Shown in pieces: positions 18,184 to 26,996 of a stretch of DNA of 64,000 nt. Origin of the DNA: Deltaproteobacteria bacterium (GTDB taxonomy: Bacteria > Desulfobacterota > Syntrophia > Syntrophales > UBA6807); the NCBI GenBank assembly GCA_016935565.1, contig JAFGQS010000110.1:27532-91531 (forward strand). Reading direction: 5' to 3'. Under the pieces are notes generated by a model that worked only from the letters and a program-made list of their open reading frames with translations, did not search any database and was not told the DNA's origin. Position 1 is the first letter of the stretch. Each line of letters starts with the position of its first letter. Made by a program: the position numbers and the translations under genes.

Positions 18184-18945
18184 TTAGAACACCGACTTTC
18201 TCTCATTGGGCGATATAAATGAATGAAGTTTTTGTTCTAATATTCTCGGATTATCCCCCGACTGAACTGATAAAATTCCACTAATCAACAATTGCTTCAT
18301 CATGAGTTCATCGGCACTTCGCGTTTTCAGCTTGCCTGCGATGGGCAGAAAGATCAGATTTGCCAGAATAACACCGTAAAAGGTGGTAATAAGAGCGACC
18401 GCCATGGCAGGCCCGATGGAACTGGGATCATCCATTTGCATCAGCATCTTTACCAATCCGATTAATGTTCCCATCATACCCATGGCAGGTGCAAAATTCC
18501 CCATAGTTGTGAATATCTCCGCTCCCAGTCTGTGCCTCTCCTCAACGAACTCAAGTTCCGTATAGAGTATCTTGGAAAGAGCTGCCGGCTCGATGCCGTC
18601 TATCATCAATCTGATACCTTTCGAAAAAAAGGCATCATCAACATTATCTACTTGTTTCTCCAGTGCCAGTATCCCCTCACGCCGCGCTGTCTTCGACATT
18701 TCGACCAGCATCTCTATTGCTTCACCAACTTTCAGTTCTTTATGAAACAGTACATTCTTCGCTATTCTAATCATACCGAGCATATCTGAGATCGGATAGT
18801 TGATAAGCACGGCACCAAACGTTCCGCCTACGACAATAAATACTGAAGGAATATTGATAAACCATGAGAGGCCGCCTCCCATACTCATTGCACCGATTAC
18901 GAGACCGAACCCGCTTAATATTCCTGCAATTGTAGCCAGATCCAT
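18184..18945 (-). CDS. motA: Stator protein MotA
   Basis: MDLATIAGILSGFGLVIGA... is a typical MotA/TolQ/ExbB channel protein. The ORF track starts at GTG 18957. I prefer ATG 18945, which is preceded by GGGGTGGTGGA. Confidence 0.9.
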   Translation of the reverse strand: MDLATIAGILSGFGLVIGAMSMGGGLSWFINIPSVFIVVGGTFGAVLINYPISDMLGMIRIAKNVLFHKELKVGEAIEMLVEMSKTARREGILALEKQVDNVDDAFFSKGIRLMIDGIEPAALSKILYTELEFVEERHRLGAEIFTTMGNFAPAMGMMGTLIGLVKMLMQMDDPSSIGPAMAVALITTFYGVILANLIFLPIAGKLKTRSADELMMKQLLISGILSVQSGDNPRILEQKLHSFISPNERKSVF

Positions 18946-18993
18946 TGAATCCACCACCCCGTCGTTGTTTTAAAGATTGTCATTTCTCAAATG

Positions 18994-19009
18994 AGCAAAT
19001 ACCGTACCA
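18994..19009 (-). promoter_or_regulatory. Sigma54 promoter candidate for the motA operon
   Basis: The reverse complement reads TGGTACGGTATTTGCT, with exact GG-N10-GC spacing. It lies about 40-50 nt upstream of the motA start. Confidence 0.55.
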
Positions 19010-19292
19010 GAAGCATCACAGATAAAATATCAGACATTTACATGTGATATCGGTCAGTTAAGAGAATGAAGGAAAACTGTTTCCTTTGAAGAAAGGGATT
19101 TTTTGACAAATCGTCATTAATTTGACGTCCGTTCGACCTGCTTGTCGGGGTTATGTCTGGTCCTGCTGTATCAAGGACGTTTCGATAACTACATGCAGTA
19201 AAGTCCGGACTAAAGAACTGCCGTGCTTCAGTCAGAAGATAAACATAGGATGATCCAGAATCCGCACAAACGTTGAGCGGTAAAGACTAATG

Positions 19293-19337
19293 ACAAAAGT
19301 ATAAGGCTGGACACCTGAGAAGACTCAGTGTCCAGCC
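19293..19337 (-). terminator. Rho-independent terminator candidate downstream of flgE
   Basis: Hairpin GGCTGGACACCTGAG / CTCAG-TGTCCAGCC: 14 bp with one bulge and a 4-nt loop. On the minus strand it is followed by TTATACTTTTG. Confidence 0.5.
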
Positions 19338-19404
19338 TTCATGATCAATAAATATTTTCCATGTTAATCTAACGGTTGACGGCCGAAAGCTGATCGCTCT
19401 CCGA

Positions 19405-20940
19405 CTATCGCTTAATATTCATCAGTTCGGCCATCATCGTATCGGTCGTCGTAACAACCTTGGCACTGGCCTGATATGCCCGCTGGGCGGTAATCATGTT
19501 GATGAACTCCGTGGCGATATCCGTGTTGGACATCTCGAGGGAGTTCGGATTGATATCACCCATACCGGCAGAACCGGGTTTATTCTGGACTGCAGCTCCT
19601 GATGTAACCGTTTCACCAAACAGATTGTTGCCCATTCTCTTCAGTCCCCAGGGATTGGAAAAATCGGCAAGAACGATCTGTCCGATATCCGCTGTCTGAC
19701 CGTTCGTGAAGAAACCGCTGAGGATGCCCTCCGCTGTTACGGAAAGGCTTTTCAAAACACCAGAGGCATATCCGTCATGAGTTAACGCTTTGACCACTGA
19801 TGTACTGGCATACCCTGTCAGTGATTGTGCCGTCGTACCGGCAAGATCCCACGTTACAACATTGCTGCTTCCGATGGTTGCTCCATTCGCTAACGCTCCA
19901 AACGTAAGGGAAACATCTGCTGGATTCACTTCAGTCTGATTAATTGCAATCTCAATCGTATCGGTGTTTCCCCATACGTTCGCAAGAGCAAAGGTCAAAT
20001 CAGCACCGCCCGCACCATCCAGGTCGATGGCTATCTCATCATCGGTCCCAACGGCACCGAGGGTGAATGACATATTTGTATAACCACCGTCATCCGTTAT
20101 TGTCCACGTGTTGGCATCGGCACCTCTTGTCAGTACGATATTAGGTGCTGCATCCAGATACATCTGTCCTTGATTGTTTACCGTCATTACGGCTGTACCG
20201 GTACCGGCAGTCGTTACTGTTGGCGTTGCCGTAGCGTTGTATATGCTGCTCAGCTCCCCGTTGGAATCAAATACAAGCCCATAGGAAGTCTGTGCTGTCG
20301 CTTCACCGTTGTCCAGATAGGACTGACAGCTCCAGTAGCCGTTTCCCTCCGTCTTTTGAAATTTCATCTTCAGCGTATGCGTTTCACCCTGCGAATCATA
20401 GACTGTCTGGGCCGCGTTGAAAACATCTCCTGTTGCAGTTGCTGAATCGAGGTTTGCTCCGACGGAAACGGTTGTTGTTGCCACCGGAGCCGACTGTACG
20501 TCGCTGAGAGAGATATCGGTTACCGTGTTGGGATCACCGGAAAGAAGATTGTACCCCTGGACCTTATAACCATTGACATCCACCAGATACCCGTCACTAT
20601 CGACATGAAATGCACCTGCCCTTGTGTAGTACAATCCCCCGTCGGCGTCTTCGACGATAAAGAAGCCGTCTCCATCGATGGAAAGATCGGTGGCATTTGC
20701 CGTTGTTTCAAATGATCCCGGAGAAAACTGCGTCGATACATCGCTGATGGCGACACCACGGCCGACCTGCATGAAGGTTGACGATCCGCCGGTAATACTC
20801 TGACTCAGAATGTCGGCAAATTGAATCTTTCCGGCCCGAAAACCGATGGTATTAACATTGGCAATATTATTACCGATGACATCCATCTGTTTGGAACTGG
20901 CCGTTAATCCTGAAATACCAGCATATAATGAACTACCCAT
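19405..20940 (-). CDS. flgE: Flagellar hook protein FlgE
   Basis: 511 aa. N-terminus GISGLTASSKQMDVIGNNIANVNTIGF, C-terminus ITAQRAYQASAKVVTTTDTMMAEL, and a large variable central domain. Confidence 0.95.
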   Translation of the reverse strand: MGSSLYAGISGLTASSKQMDVIGNNIANVNTIGFRAGKIQFADILSQSITGGSSTFMQVGRGVAISDVSTQFSPGSFETTANATDLSIDGDGFFIVEDADGGLYYTRAGAFHVDSDGYLVDVNGYKVQGYNLLSGDPNTVTDISLSDVQSAPVATTTVSVGANLDSATATGDVFNAAQTVYDSQGETHTLKMKFQKTEGNGYWSCQSYLDNGEATAQTSYGLVFDSNGELSSIYNATATPTVTTAGTGTAVMTVNNQGQMYLDAAPNIVLTRGADANTWTITDDGGYTNMSFTLGAVGTDDEIAIDLDGAGGADLTFALANVWGNTDTIEIAINQTEVNPADVSLTFGALANGATIGSSNVVTWDLAGTTAQSLTGYASTSVVKALTHDGYASGVLKSLSVTAEGILSGFFTNGQTADIGQIVLADFSNPWGLKRMGNNLFGETVTSGAAVQNKPGSAGMGDINPNSLEMSNTDIATEFINMITAQRAYQASAKVVTTTDTMMAELMNIKR

Positions 20941-20989
20941 GTCTCACTAACCTCCTGATCTTTTTTTTACATTCAGTTTTTGTCTTAAT

Positions 20990-21643
20990 TTAATTATCTT
21001 CATTGTTTTTTACATACAGTACATTATCGAAAGGAATCTTTATGTCACCTACCAGAACATATGACGTTTCACCGGAGAAGCTTACCCCCGTTGCCTGGCC
21101 AGTAAACAACGCATCCACAGTTACCGTATCTCCTTCACTGTTTTGAGCTGTCACTTCATACGTATAAACACCATCTGCAACACCCTGACAGTCCCATTCA
21201 ACCGAGTTTTTGCCTGCTTCCTGATTATTAAAGGTTATTGTCTTCACCAAGCCCCCATCAAGTCCGTAAATGTTGACAGATCCCGTTGTAACGTCCTCGG
21301 TCAGATTATAGGAAATCGTTACCGGTGCGCCTTCAACCTGGATTGTATTTCCCAGTGTTGTAATTTCTTTTCCGATAAGGTTCACAGCACTGACCCTGTT
21401 TGATATCACCTGATTTTTATAAAGATTTTCGAGATTGGTGTTCATGTCCGTCAATTGTTCAAGGCTGGAAAACTGCGCCAGTTGAGCAGTGAAATCGGTA
21501 CCATCCAAGGGGTTGAGCGGGTCTTGGTACTGGAGCTGAGCGATCAACATTTTTAAAAATTCGTCTTTACCCACTTCATCGTTTTGTTTATCATTCGATG
21601 TAGGATATATATAACTTGAACTCAAAGCTTCGATGTAATCCAT
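20990..21643 (-). CDS. flgD: Hook assembly/cap protein FlgD
   Basis: 217 aa. FLKMLIAQLQYQDPLNPLD motif plus a FlgD Ig-like C-terminal part. Confidence 0.9.
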   Translation of the reverse strand: MDYIEALSSSYIYPTSNDKQNDEVGKDEFLKMLIAQLQYQDPLNPLDGTDFTAQLAQFSSLEQLTDMNTNLENLYKNQVISNRVSAVNLIGKEITTLGNTIQVEGAPVTISYNLTEDVTTGSVNIYGLDGGLVKTITFNNQEAGKNSVEWDCQGVADGVYTYEVTAQNSEGDTVTVDALFTGQATGVSFSGETSYVLVGDIKIPFDNVLYVKNNEDN

Positions 21644-21674
21644 TGTTATACCTCCTCAAGAGATCTTCTCTTTA

Positions 21675-23393
21675 TCATGCGAACAAACTGATCCGCCCAT
21701 CAAGGCCTACGGTTGACTCACCTTCCGGCGATATTGACGAACTGTCTGTCATGGAATTACGGAACCCTGTTTGATTGTCCCTGTCATTCCTCCGGTCGTT
21801 CATTTCCTGGTACGGTGCTCCATTCTGACCGTATTCGTAATGATTCCCATCCGGTTTTTCCTGAACGTAGACAGTGATTGTATCGGCAGTCAATCCCTGG
21901 GTATGGAGCGATGTCTTCAGTTGCTCCATGTTTGATTGCAGGAGCTGTTTCACATTATAATTCTCTGTCTGTAAAACCACGTGAACCTTGCTGTCACGAA
22001 CGAGGACATCCATATCCACCGTACCCAGGTGAGGTGGGTTCAGCTCGATTCGAATCCTTCCAAATCCTTTTGTCAATTTTTCTCCCGTTGCATCGATCAC
22101 CTGGTTGATCACAACCCGGGGGTTCATGGCAACAGTACCCCTGTTTTCAGTGGTATTTGCTGACGGCATTGACCCGTGAGAAACCGTCACATGATTTCCG
22201 TCTCCCGAGCGATGCACCAACCGACCTTCTTGATGAAACTCTTCCACTGGAGTTATTACAACATCTTTTGGTCCATTCTCATTTGCAAATTTTGTGTTTC
22301 CTTCCTTTTCGCCTTGTCCCTGCGTGTTCACTGTCTTTAAATGCCGTGCCGTATCATTCGTAACCGTTGAATCCTTCCCTGAAAGAAGATTCCCTCTTTT
22401 TCCGATGTCATCGGTATTGTCCCTAGCCGTTGCATTCAAAGCCGTTATTGCCGTTCGTAGCCCTGCTTTCGGCACCGTGGCGTTTTGCTTCATTTCCGTA
22501 TTTATCGTTTCGGTTTTGTTTTTCTCACTGCCGTTGCTTTTCATAGCTGTTACATTTTTCTTCACGCCATCCGATTCTTCACCGGCTGCCGACGACAATG
22601 CGCTTACATTTTGGGGTTGTGATTCACGAAATTCCTTTACGATCTCTTTAACGGCGGCCGATAATTCCCCGGTCTTTACATCGTATAATTTCTTCCCTGT
22701 ATCTCTACCGATGTCAGATTCTTTCATCACGGCAATTTCATTCTGTTCTTTCTCATTCTTGCCGACAGACAGAAGCCCTTCGATTTCTTTCTCATTGAAA
22801 CCGAACCCTTTCAAAATATCGACTATCTCCTGTTTTGCTTTCCCGGGAACGAATCCCGATTCACTACCGGAGCGAATCCTCTCAAATCCTTTCATTATGT
22901 GGTTGATTAAATTTTTCACATCCTGAGGCGATATTTCTCGGCCGTTTCTTCCATCAAAGATCGCCTTAGCAGCATCACCCTTTTGTAAGCCATGATATGG
23001 AATGAGCTTTGACGGATTTTCCTTGATTCCATCCCCCGTTGAGAAAACGGTGCCCCCGCCTTTGTCAAATCGATTCTGAGCCAATCCTGCAAGGGCAGAG
23101 AACAATACTTTCAGGTCCTCTTTTTTGAGACTCTGAATACTCTTTCCTGTGTTCTCCTCTTTGAGATCGGCTCCTTCTTGTTCCGTCAGAAAACACTTTC
23201 CCATTACAGGAATTTTATTTTTTGAATTGGATGACAACCTTTCTTTCAACATCTGAAGGAACGGAATCTCATCGCTTCCTGATCCGTTCGTAGATTGTCC
23301 TTTCCCGATTCCACCTTCAAGCAAACCCTTTTCCGCTCCCGAAAGATCGGAAAAACAGTTCATCAAAATTTCCATGTTGCCTGCTGTATTCAT
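21675..23393 (-). CDS. fliK: Hook-length control protein FliK
   Basis: C-terminal Flg_hook-like block IRIELNPPHLGTVDMDVLVRDSKVHVVLQTENYNVKQLLQSNMEQLKTSLHTQGL. Position is fliJ-ylxF-fliK-flgD-flgE. The ORF track start (23510) lies inside a sigma54 promoter, so I use the ATG at 23393 (MNTAGNMEIL...). The exact start is uncertain. Confidence 0.8.
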   Translation of the reverse strand: MNTAGNMEILMNCFSDLSGAEKGLLEGGIGKGQSTNGSGSDEIPFLQMLKERLSSNSKNKIPVMGKCFLTEQEGADLKEENTGKSIQSLKKEDLKVLFSALAGLAQNRFDKGGGTVFSTGDGIKENPSKLIPYHGLQKGDAAKAIFDGRNGREISPQDVKNLINHIMKGFERIRSGSESGFVPGKAKQEIVDILKGFGFNEKEIEGLLSVGKNEKEQNEIAVMKESDIGRDTGKKLYDVKTGELSAAVKEIVKEFRESQPQNVSALSSAAGEESDGVKKNVTAMKSNGSEKNKTETINTEMKQNATVPKAGLRTAITALNATARDNTDDIGKRGNLLSGKDSTVTNDTARHLKTVNTQGQGEKEGNTKFANENGPKDVVITPVEEFHQEGRLVHRSGDGNHVTVSHGSMPSANTTENRGTVAMNPRVVINQVIDATGEKLTKGFGRIRIELNPPHLGTVDMDVLVRDSKVHVVLQTENYNVKQLLQSNMEQLKTSLHTQGLTADTITVYVQEKPDGNHYEYGQNGAPYQEMNDRRNDRDNQTGFRNSMTDSSSISPEGESTVGLDGRISLFA

Positions 23394-23491
23394 TGAAACA
23401 TCAACTTTCTGGATTAGCGGATGCACCAAATCCGTTTCCTCGGCAAGAAGAGAGGAAACATAGTATCGAAAATGTCTTTGTTGGGAAGGGG

Positions 23492-23507
23492 AGCAAGAGA
23501 TGTGCCA
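23492..23507 (-). promoter_or_regulatory. Sigma54 promoter candidate for fliK-flgD-flgE
   Basis: The reverse complement reads TGGCACATCTCTTGCT, the best match to TGGCAC-N5-TTGCW in the window. Confidence 0.65.
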
Positions 23508-23715
23508 CACAAGCGCAGCATAATATTATGTATTATATCAATTGGTTACAAAAATTAATCGCCCAGAATATTTGAAAAGGGGCAAATATTGCCTACAGGT
23601 TTCAGGGGACATGAAAAAAAATTCCGATCTCAAGGAGCTGTTGCAAAAGTGCCGATATGAGGTTAAAAAACGGGAAATGGAAATTTGAAAATCGGGAACG
23701 GGAAAACGTATATTA

Positions 23716-23900
23716 AAATCCGAATGTCAAATCACGAAATCCGAAACAATACGAAATGACAAAAATCCAAATATCAAAACGATATATGATTTGTGCTTCT
23801 TGACCAAACCTGAGGCACTGCCCTTATGTTTTGAACATTATGTCATTGAATATTAGAATTTGTTTCGAGCTTCGTGCTTTGAATTTTAAATCGATTTTCG
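23716..23900. repeat. Long imperfect inverted repeat (arms about 65-73 nt, spacer about 47 nt) rich in CGAAA/TTTCG units
   Basis: The left arm is 23716-23780 and the right arm is 23828-23900. The best block matches 19 of 24: GTCAAATCACGAAATCCGAAACAA against the reverse complement of the right arm, TTCAAAGCACGAAGCTCGAAACAA. AATGACA and TCAAAAC are also shared. Confidence 0.6.
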
Positions 23901-23916
23901 TTTGCACGGGAATCTG

Positions 23917-24588
23917 TCAGCGATGAGTGCTTTCTCCCGATGAAATCTTCAGGTTGGTTATCTCTTTCGTTATCTCGATTGCCTTGCTCGGACTAATATG
24001 CCCCCATATTTCTCCGGCCTTTTTACTCTTCATATTCATGATAATGGCCGCGGCTGTCTTTTTATCCATTTTTTCAAGCATAGCACTTGCCTGAGACGGG
24101 GGGGACGACTCATAAACCCTCGCAAGATCCTGGTATTTCTTGTCATCAACCTCTTTAATGGCCTCGACAACTACTGTTAATCTCTTCTCTATCTCAAGAA
24201 GTTCGTCAATTTTTGAAAGTATCTCTGTCTTCAATAAACGTATCTGTTTCTCTCTCGATTGCAGAAGGGCTTCTCGATCCTGAAGCTGTTTTTGACTTTC
24301 CAATAATGAGGCCATAAGTTTTTTTTCCGTCACTAAAGGGTCTTCACTTACATCTTTGACTTTAACGGGATACGTGTGATTGCTCTCGGAGGTAGATTCC
24401 GCACGTGCCTGATTAACAGTCAGAACAGGGCTTAAGGAATCGGCACTCTTTACGATTCCTCCGACCATGACTATCTTTACGAGAAATACAAACAGTATAA
24501 AAATTTCACAGATAATTATCAGTTTCTTCAATTTCTTTACCTCTTCCGGACCGGGAAACCCCAAATTCATCCAACTCTTTGCGTTCAT
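23917..24588 (-). CDS. MotE/YlxF-like flagellar protein (MgtE_N-like C-terminus)
   Basis: N-terminal transmembrane helix, coiled coil, and C-terminus SAMLEKMDKKTAAAIIMNMKSKKAGEIWGHISPSKAIEIT, which matches the MgtE-N/MotE pattern. It occupies the same slot as B. subtilis ylxF, between fliJ and fliK. The start is uncertain: ATG 24588, ATG 24570, or TTG 24531 with GGAAGAGG upstream. It overlaps the fliJ 3' end. Confidence 0.6.
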   Translation of the reverse strand: MNAKSWMNLGFPGPEEVKKLKKLIIICEIFILFVFLVKIVMVGGIVKSADSLSPVLTVNQARAESTSESNHTYPVKVKDVSEDPLVTEKKLMASLLESQKQLQDREALLQSREKQIRLLKTEILSKIDELLEIEKRLTVVVEAIKEVDDKKYQDLARVYESSPPSQASAMLEKMDKKTAAAIIMNMKSKKAGEIWGHISPSKAIEITKEITNLKISSGESTHR

Positions 24589-24970
24589 TAAGAATGAGAT
24601 TTGTCCTGTATTCTTCGGTTTTCTTTTCCTTTATAACTTCCAGGATCTTTCTCTTTTTTATCGCATCGAGAAGCTTGATTCTTTTGTCTTCCAGCTCCCT
24701 ATCCAACTTTAACACAACCTCATGCTGGCACTTCTCGTCATCACGTATCCGCTCTAAATATGACCGACACAGAGAAATATCGGCAATAGTGATGTCGCCT
24801 TCACTCATAGATTCCAGTTGAGCAATTAAAGCCTTTTTTTTGTTCTCCAATAGTTCTAATCGTTCCTTTTCGTAATTGAGGCGCCGTTTTGCATCTGCAA
24901 ATTCTGACAGAAGCTGTTCTTCTATCTGTTTTCTGTAATCGAGAACGGGCTGCAGTTTAAAATGAAACAT
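24506..24970 (-). CDS. fliJ: Flagellar export chaperone/stalk protein FliJ
   Basis: 154-aa all-coiled-coil protein. N-terminus FKLQPVLDYRKQIEEQL is typical of FliJ. It sits directly after fliI. Confidence 0.75.
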   Translation of the reverse strand: MFHFKLQPVLDYRKQIEEQLLSEFADAKRRLNYEKERLELLENKKKALIAQLESMSEGDITIADISLCRSYLERIRDDEKCQHEVVLKLDRELEDKRIKLLDAIKKRKILEVIKEKKTEEYRTNLILNERKELDEFGVSRSGRGKEIEETDNYL

Positions 24971-24979
24971 ATTCCACCT

Positions 24980-26293
24980 TTACTTCAAAAGAGAGATTAA
25001 CTGCTCAGCACTTTCTTTAAAACTGACCTTCTCATCAAAGTCTTGCCTGAGATATGAATTTACTCTGTCTATCATTTGTATTGCATAATCGATTTCAGGA
25101 TTGCTTCCGTTCACATAGGCTCCTATATTGATCAGATCTTCTGCTTTTTTATACGTTGCCACGATATTCAGAATATCATTGGCCTTTTTCCTGTGACTAC
25201 TATCAACAATATCCATCATTACCCTGCTGATGCTATTGAGTACATCCACAGCCGGATAGTGATTTTTTGCCGCCAGATCCCGGGACAGGCTCGCGTGTCC
25301 ATCAAGTATTGAACGAGCGGCATCAGCAATAGGCTCGTTAAAATCATCTCCTTCTACAAGCACGGTATATAGTCCCGTAATGCTCCCACCATCTTCAATA
25401 TTTCCCGTTCTTTCCAGCAATTTCGGCATGAGGCTGAAAACCGATGGCGTATAACCTTTTGTCGTTGGCGGTTCTCCGAGGAAAAGACCCACTTCCCTCT
25501 GTGCCATGGCAAATCTCGTGAGAGAGTCGATCATAAGGAGAACATCCCTCCCCTTATCCCTGAAATATTCGGAAACGGATGTCGCTACATATGCCGCCCT
25601 CATCCGTATCAGGGGATGACTATCGGATGTTGCAACCACAACCACTGATCGTGCCAACCCTTCCTCACCAAGATTATTTTCAATGAATTCACGAACCTCT
25701 CTCCCCCGTTCACCAATAAGACCGATAACGTTCACATCAGCTCGCGTATTTCGTGCCATCATACCTAGAAGACAGCTCTTGCCAACTCCTGACCCTGAGA
25801 AAATTCCCATCCGCTGCCCTTTTCCACAGCTGAACAATCCGTTTATCACTCTTACCCCCAGATCTATGGGTTCCGTTATTCGTGCCCTTTTAAGGGGATT
25901 GAGGGGTTCTGCATAAATCGGGTATTCTTCCTGCCACTCGATAGGGCCCTTATCATCGATGGGATTTCCCAACCCATCGATAACTCTCCCTAATAGTTGA
26001 GAACCAACTTTCGCATCAGCCTTTTTCCCCAGGGGAAGAATTTTACACCCCGGCCCGATGCCCTGAAGACTTTCAATGGGCATCAGGAGGACCTTTCCTT
26101 TCCTGAAACCAACAACCTCCGAACTGATCGGTGAGGCATTGCCATTTGAATAGATGTGACACATTTCACCGATTGAAGTTCCCGGATCATACCCCTCAAC
26201 CAGGAGGCCGACTACATCATTCACCTTACCATAAACCCTGACCGGATTTATCCCTTCAACTATTTTGTGGTATTGTGCAAAATTTACATTCAT
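24980..26293 (-). CDS. fliI: Flagellum-specific ATPase FliI
   Basis: 437 aa. Walker A GSGVGKS, Walker B VLLMIDSLTR, F1/V1-like fold signature. Confidence 0.97.
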   Translation of the reverse strand: MNVNFAQYHKIVEGINPVRVYGKVNDVVGLLVEGYDPGTSIGEMCHIYSNGNASPISSEVVGFRKGKVLLMPIESLQGIGPGCKILPLGKKADAKVGSQLLGRVIDGLGNPIDDKGPIEWQEEYPIYAEPLNPLKRARITEPIDLGVRVINGLFSCGKGQRMGIFSGSGVGKSCLLGMMARNTRADVNVIGLIGERGREVREFIENNLGEEGLARSVVVVATSDSHPLIRMRAAYVATSVSEYFRDKGRDVLLMIDSLTRFAMAQREVGLFLGEPPTTKGYTPSVFSLMPKLLERTGNIEDGGSITGLYTVLVEGDDFNEPIADAARSILDGHASLSRDLAAKNHYPAVDVLNSISRVMMDIVDSSHRKKANDILNIVATYKKAEDLINIGAYVNGSNPEIDYAIQMIDRVNSYLRQDFDEKVSFKESAEQLISLLK

Positions 26294-26306
26294 AGAAAAA
26301 TCAACA

Positions 26307-26996
26307 CTATCGTAACGGCAACGATTCCTTTATTCTCTGTAACTGATGATCAAGCTGTGCATCCATTTCTCCAAAATTCGTCTCAACAACAGCTCCTCCC
26401 CGTTGAATCCGTACATCCACTTCAAATCTTACATTGTTCATATCGGGGTTGTTATTGAGAAACTCCGGTTTAATCTCTGTTATGTATTTATAATCGTCGG
26501 GGTTCAGCCTGATCCTCAAGCCCTCTTTATCTCTGACGTTCCGTATGGTGTCATTCAATACGGCCACAATGACATCTCTATTTATTGATACCTCCTTATG
26601 AATGACCTTTTCGGCAATTGCCATGCTGAGGCTGAGAATGTCTCCTTCAAATCGCTTCAAAAGTTCTGTTTCCAATGATTTTAACGTCTTGATGAGTTTC
26701 TCAACAGAAGCCAATGATAGAGAGAGTTCTTGCTTCTCTCTGGTTCTCCCCTCATGTATCCCCTCTGAATACCCCTTGTTGTAAGCCTCATCTGCTGTAT
26801 TCTTTATTCTTTTTTCTATCGCTGCAGCACTCGTCACACCATTGTCATAACGCTTGTCGGCATTGTTTGTACCGTTCCCTGTCATATCGACGTGAACGAA
26901 CTTTGCAGCTACTTTTTTCTTTGAACCGATTATTTTTGTGTTTTCCGCCTTGATAACTTTGTTAGATAAACTCATCTTCTTCTGCTCCGCGTGCAA
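26307..26996 (-). CDS. fliH: Flagellar export protein FliH
   Basis: 229 aa between fliG and fliI. FliH/YscL-like C-terminus (IRLNPDDYKYI...GGAVVETNFGEMDAQLDHQL). Confidence 0.8.
   Translation of the reverse strand: MHAEQKKMSLSNKVIKAENTKIIGSKKKVAAKFVHVDMTGNGTNNADKRYDNGVTSAAAIEKRIKNTADEAYNKGYSEGIHEGRTREKQELSLSLASVEKLIKTLKSLETELLKRFEGDILSLSMAIAEKVIHKEVSINRDVIVAVLNDTIRNVRDKEGLRIRLNPDDYKYITEIKPEFLNNNPDMNNVRFEVDVRIQRGGAVVETNFGEMDAQLDHQLQRIKESLPLR

Noticed and set aside
19041-19060. ACCGATAT on the minus strand upstream of motA, considered as a sigma28 -10 element.
   Set aside because: No TAAA-like -35 occurs at N15-N16 (CCTT or TCCT instead). The sigma54 element at 18994-19009 explains the promoter better.
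23622-23659. A plus-strand sigma-D/sigma28-like element, TCAA-N17-GCCGATAT. The -10 is a perfect GCCGATAT and it points into the inverted repeat.
   Set aside because: The -35 is poor (TCAA at N17), and no plus-strand gene lies downstream. A single 8-mer match in 64 kb is not convincing on its own. It is recorded only in case RNA-seq shows a plus-strand transcript here.
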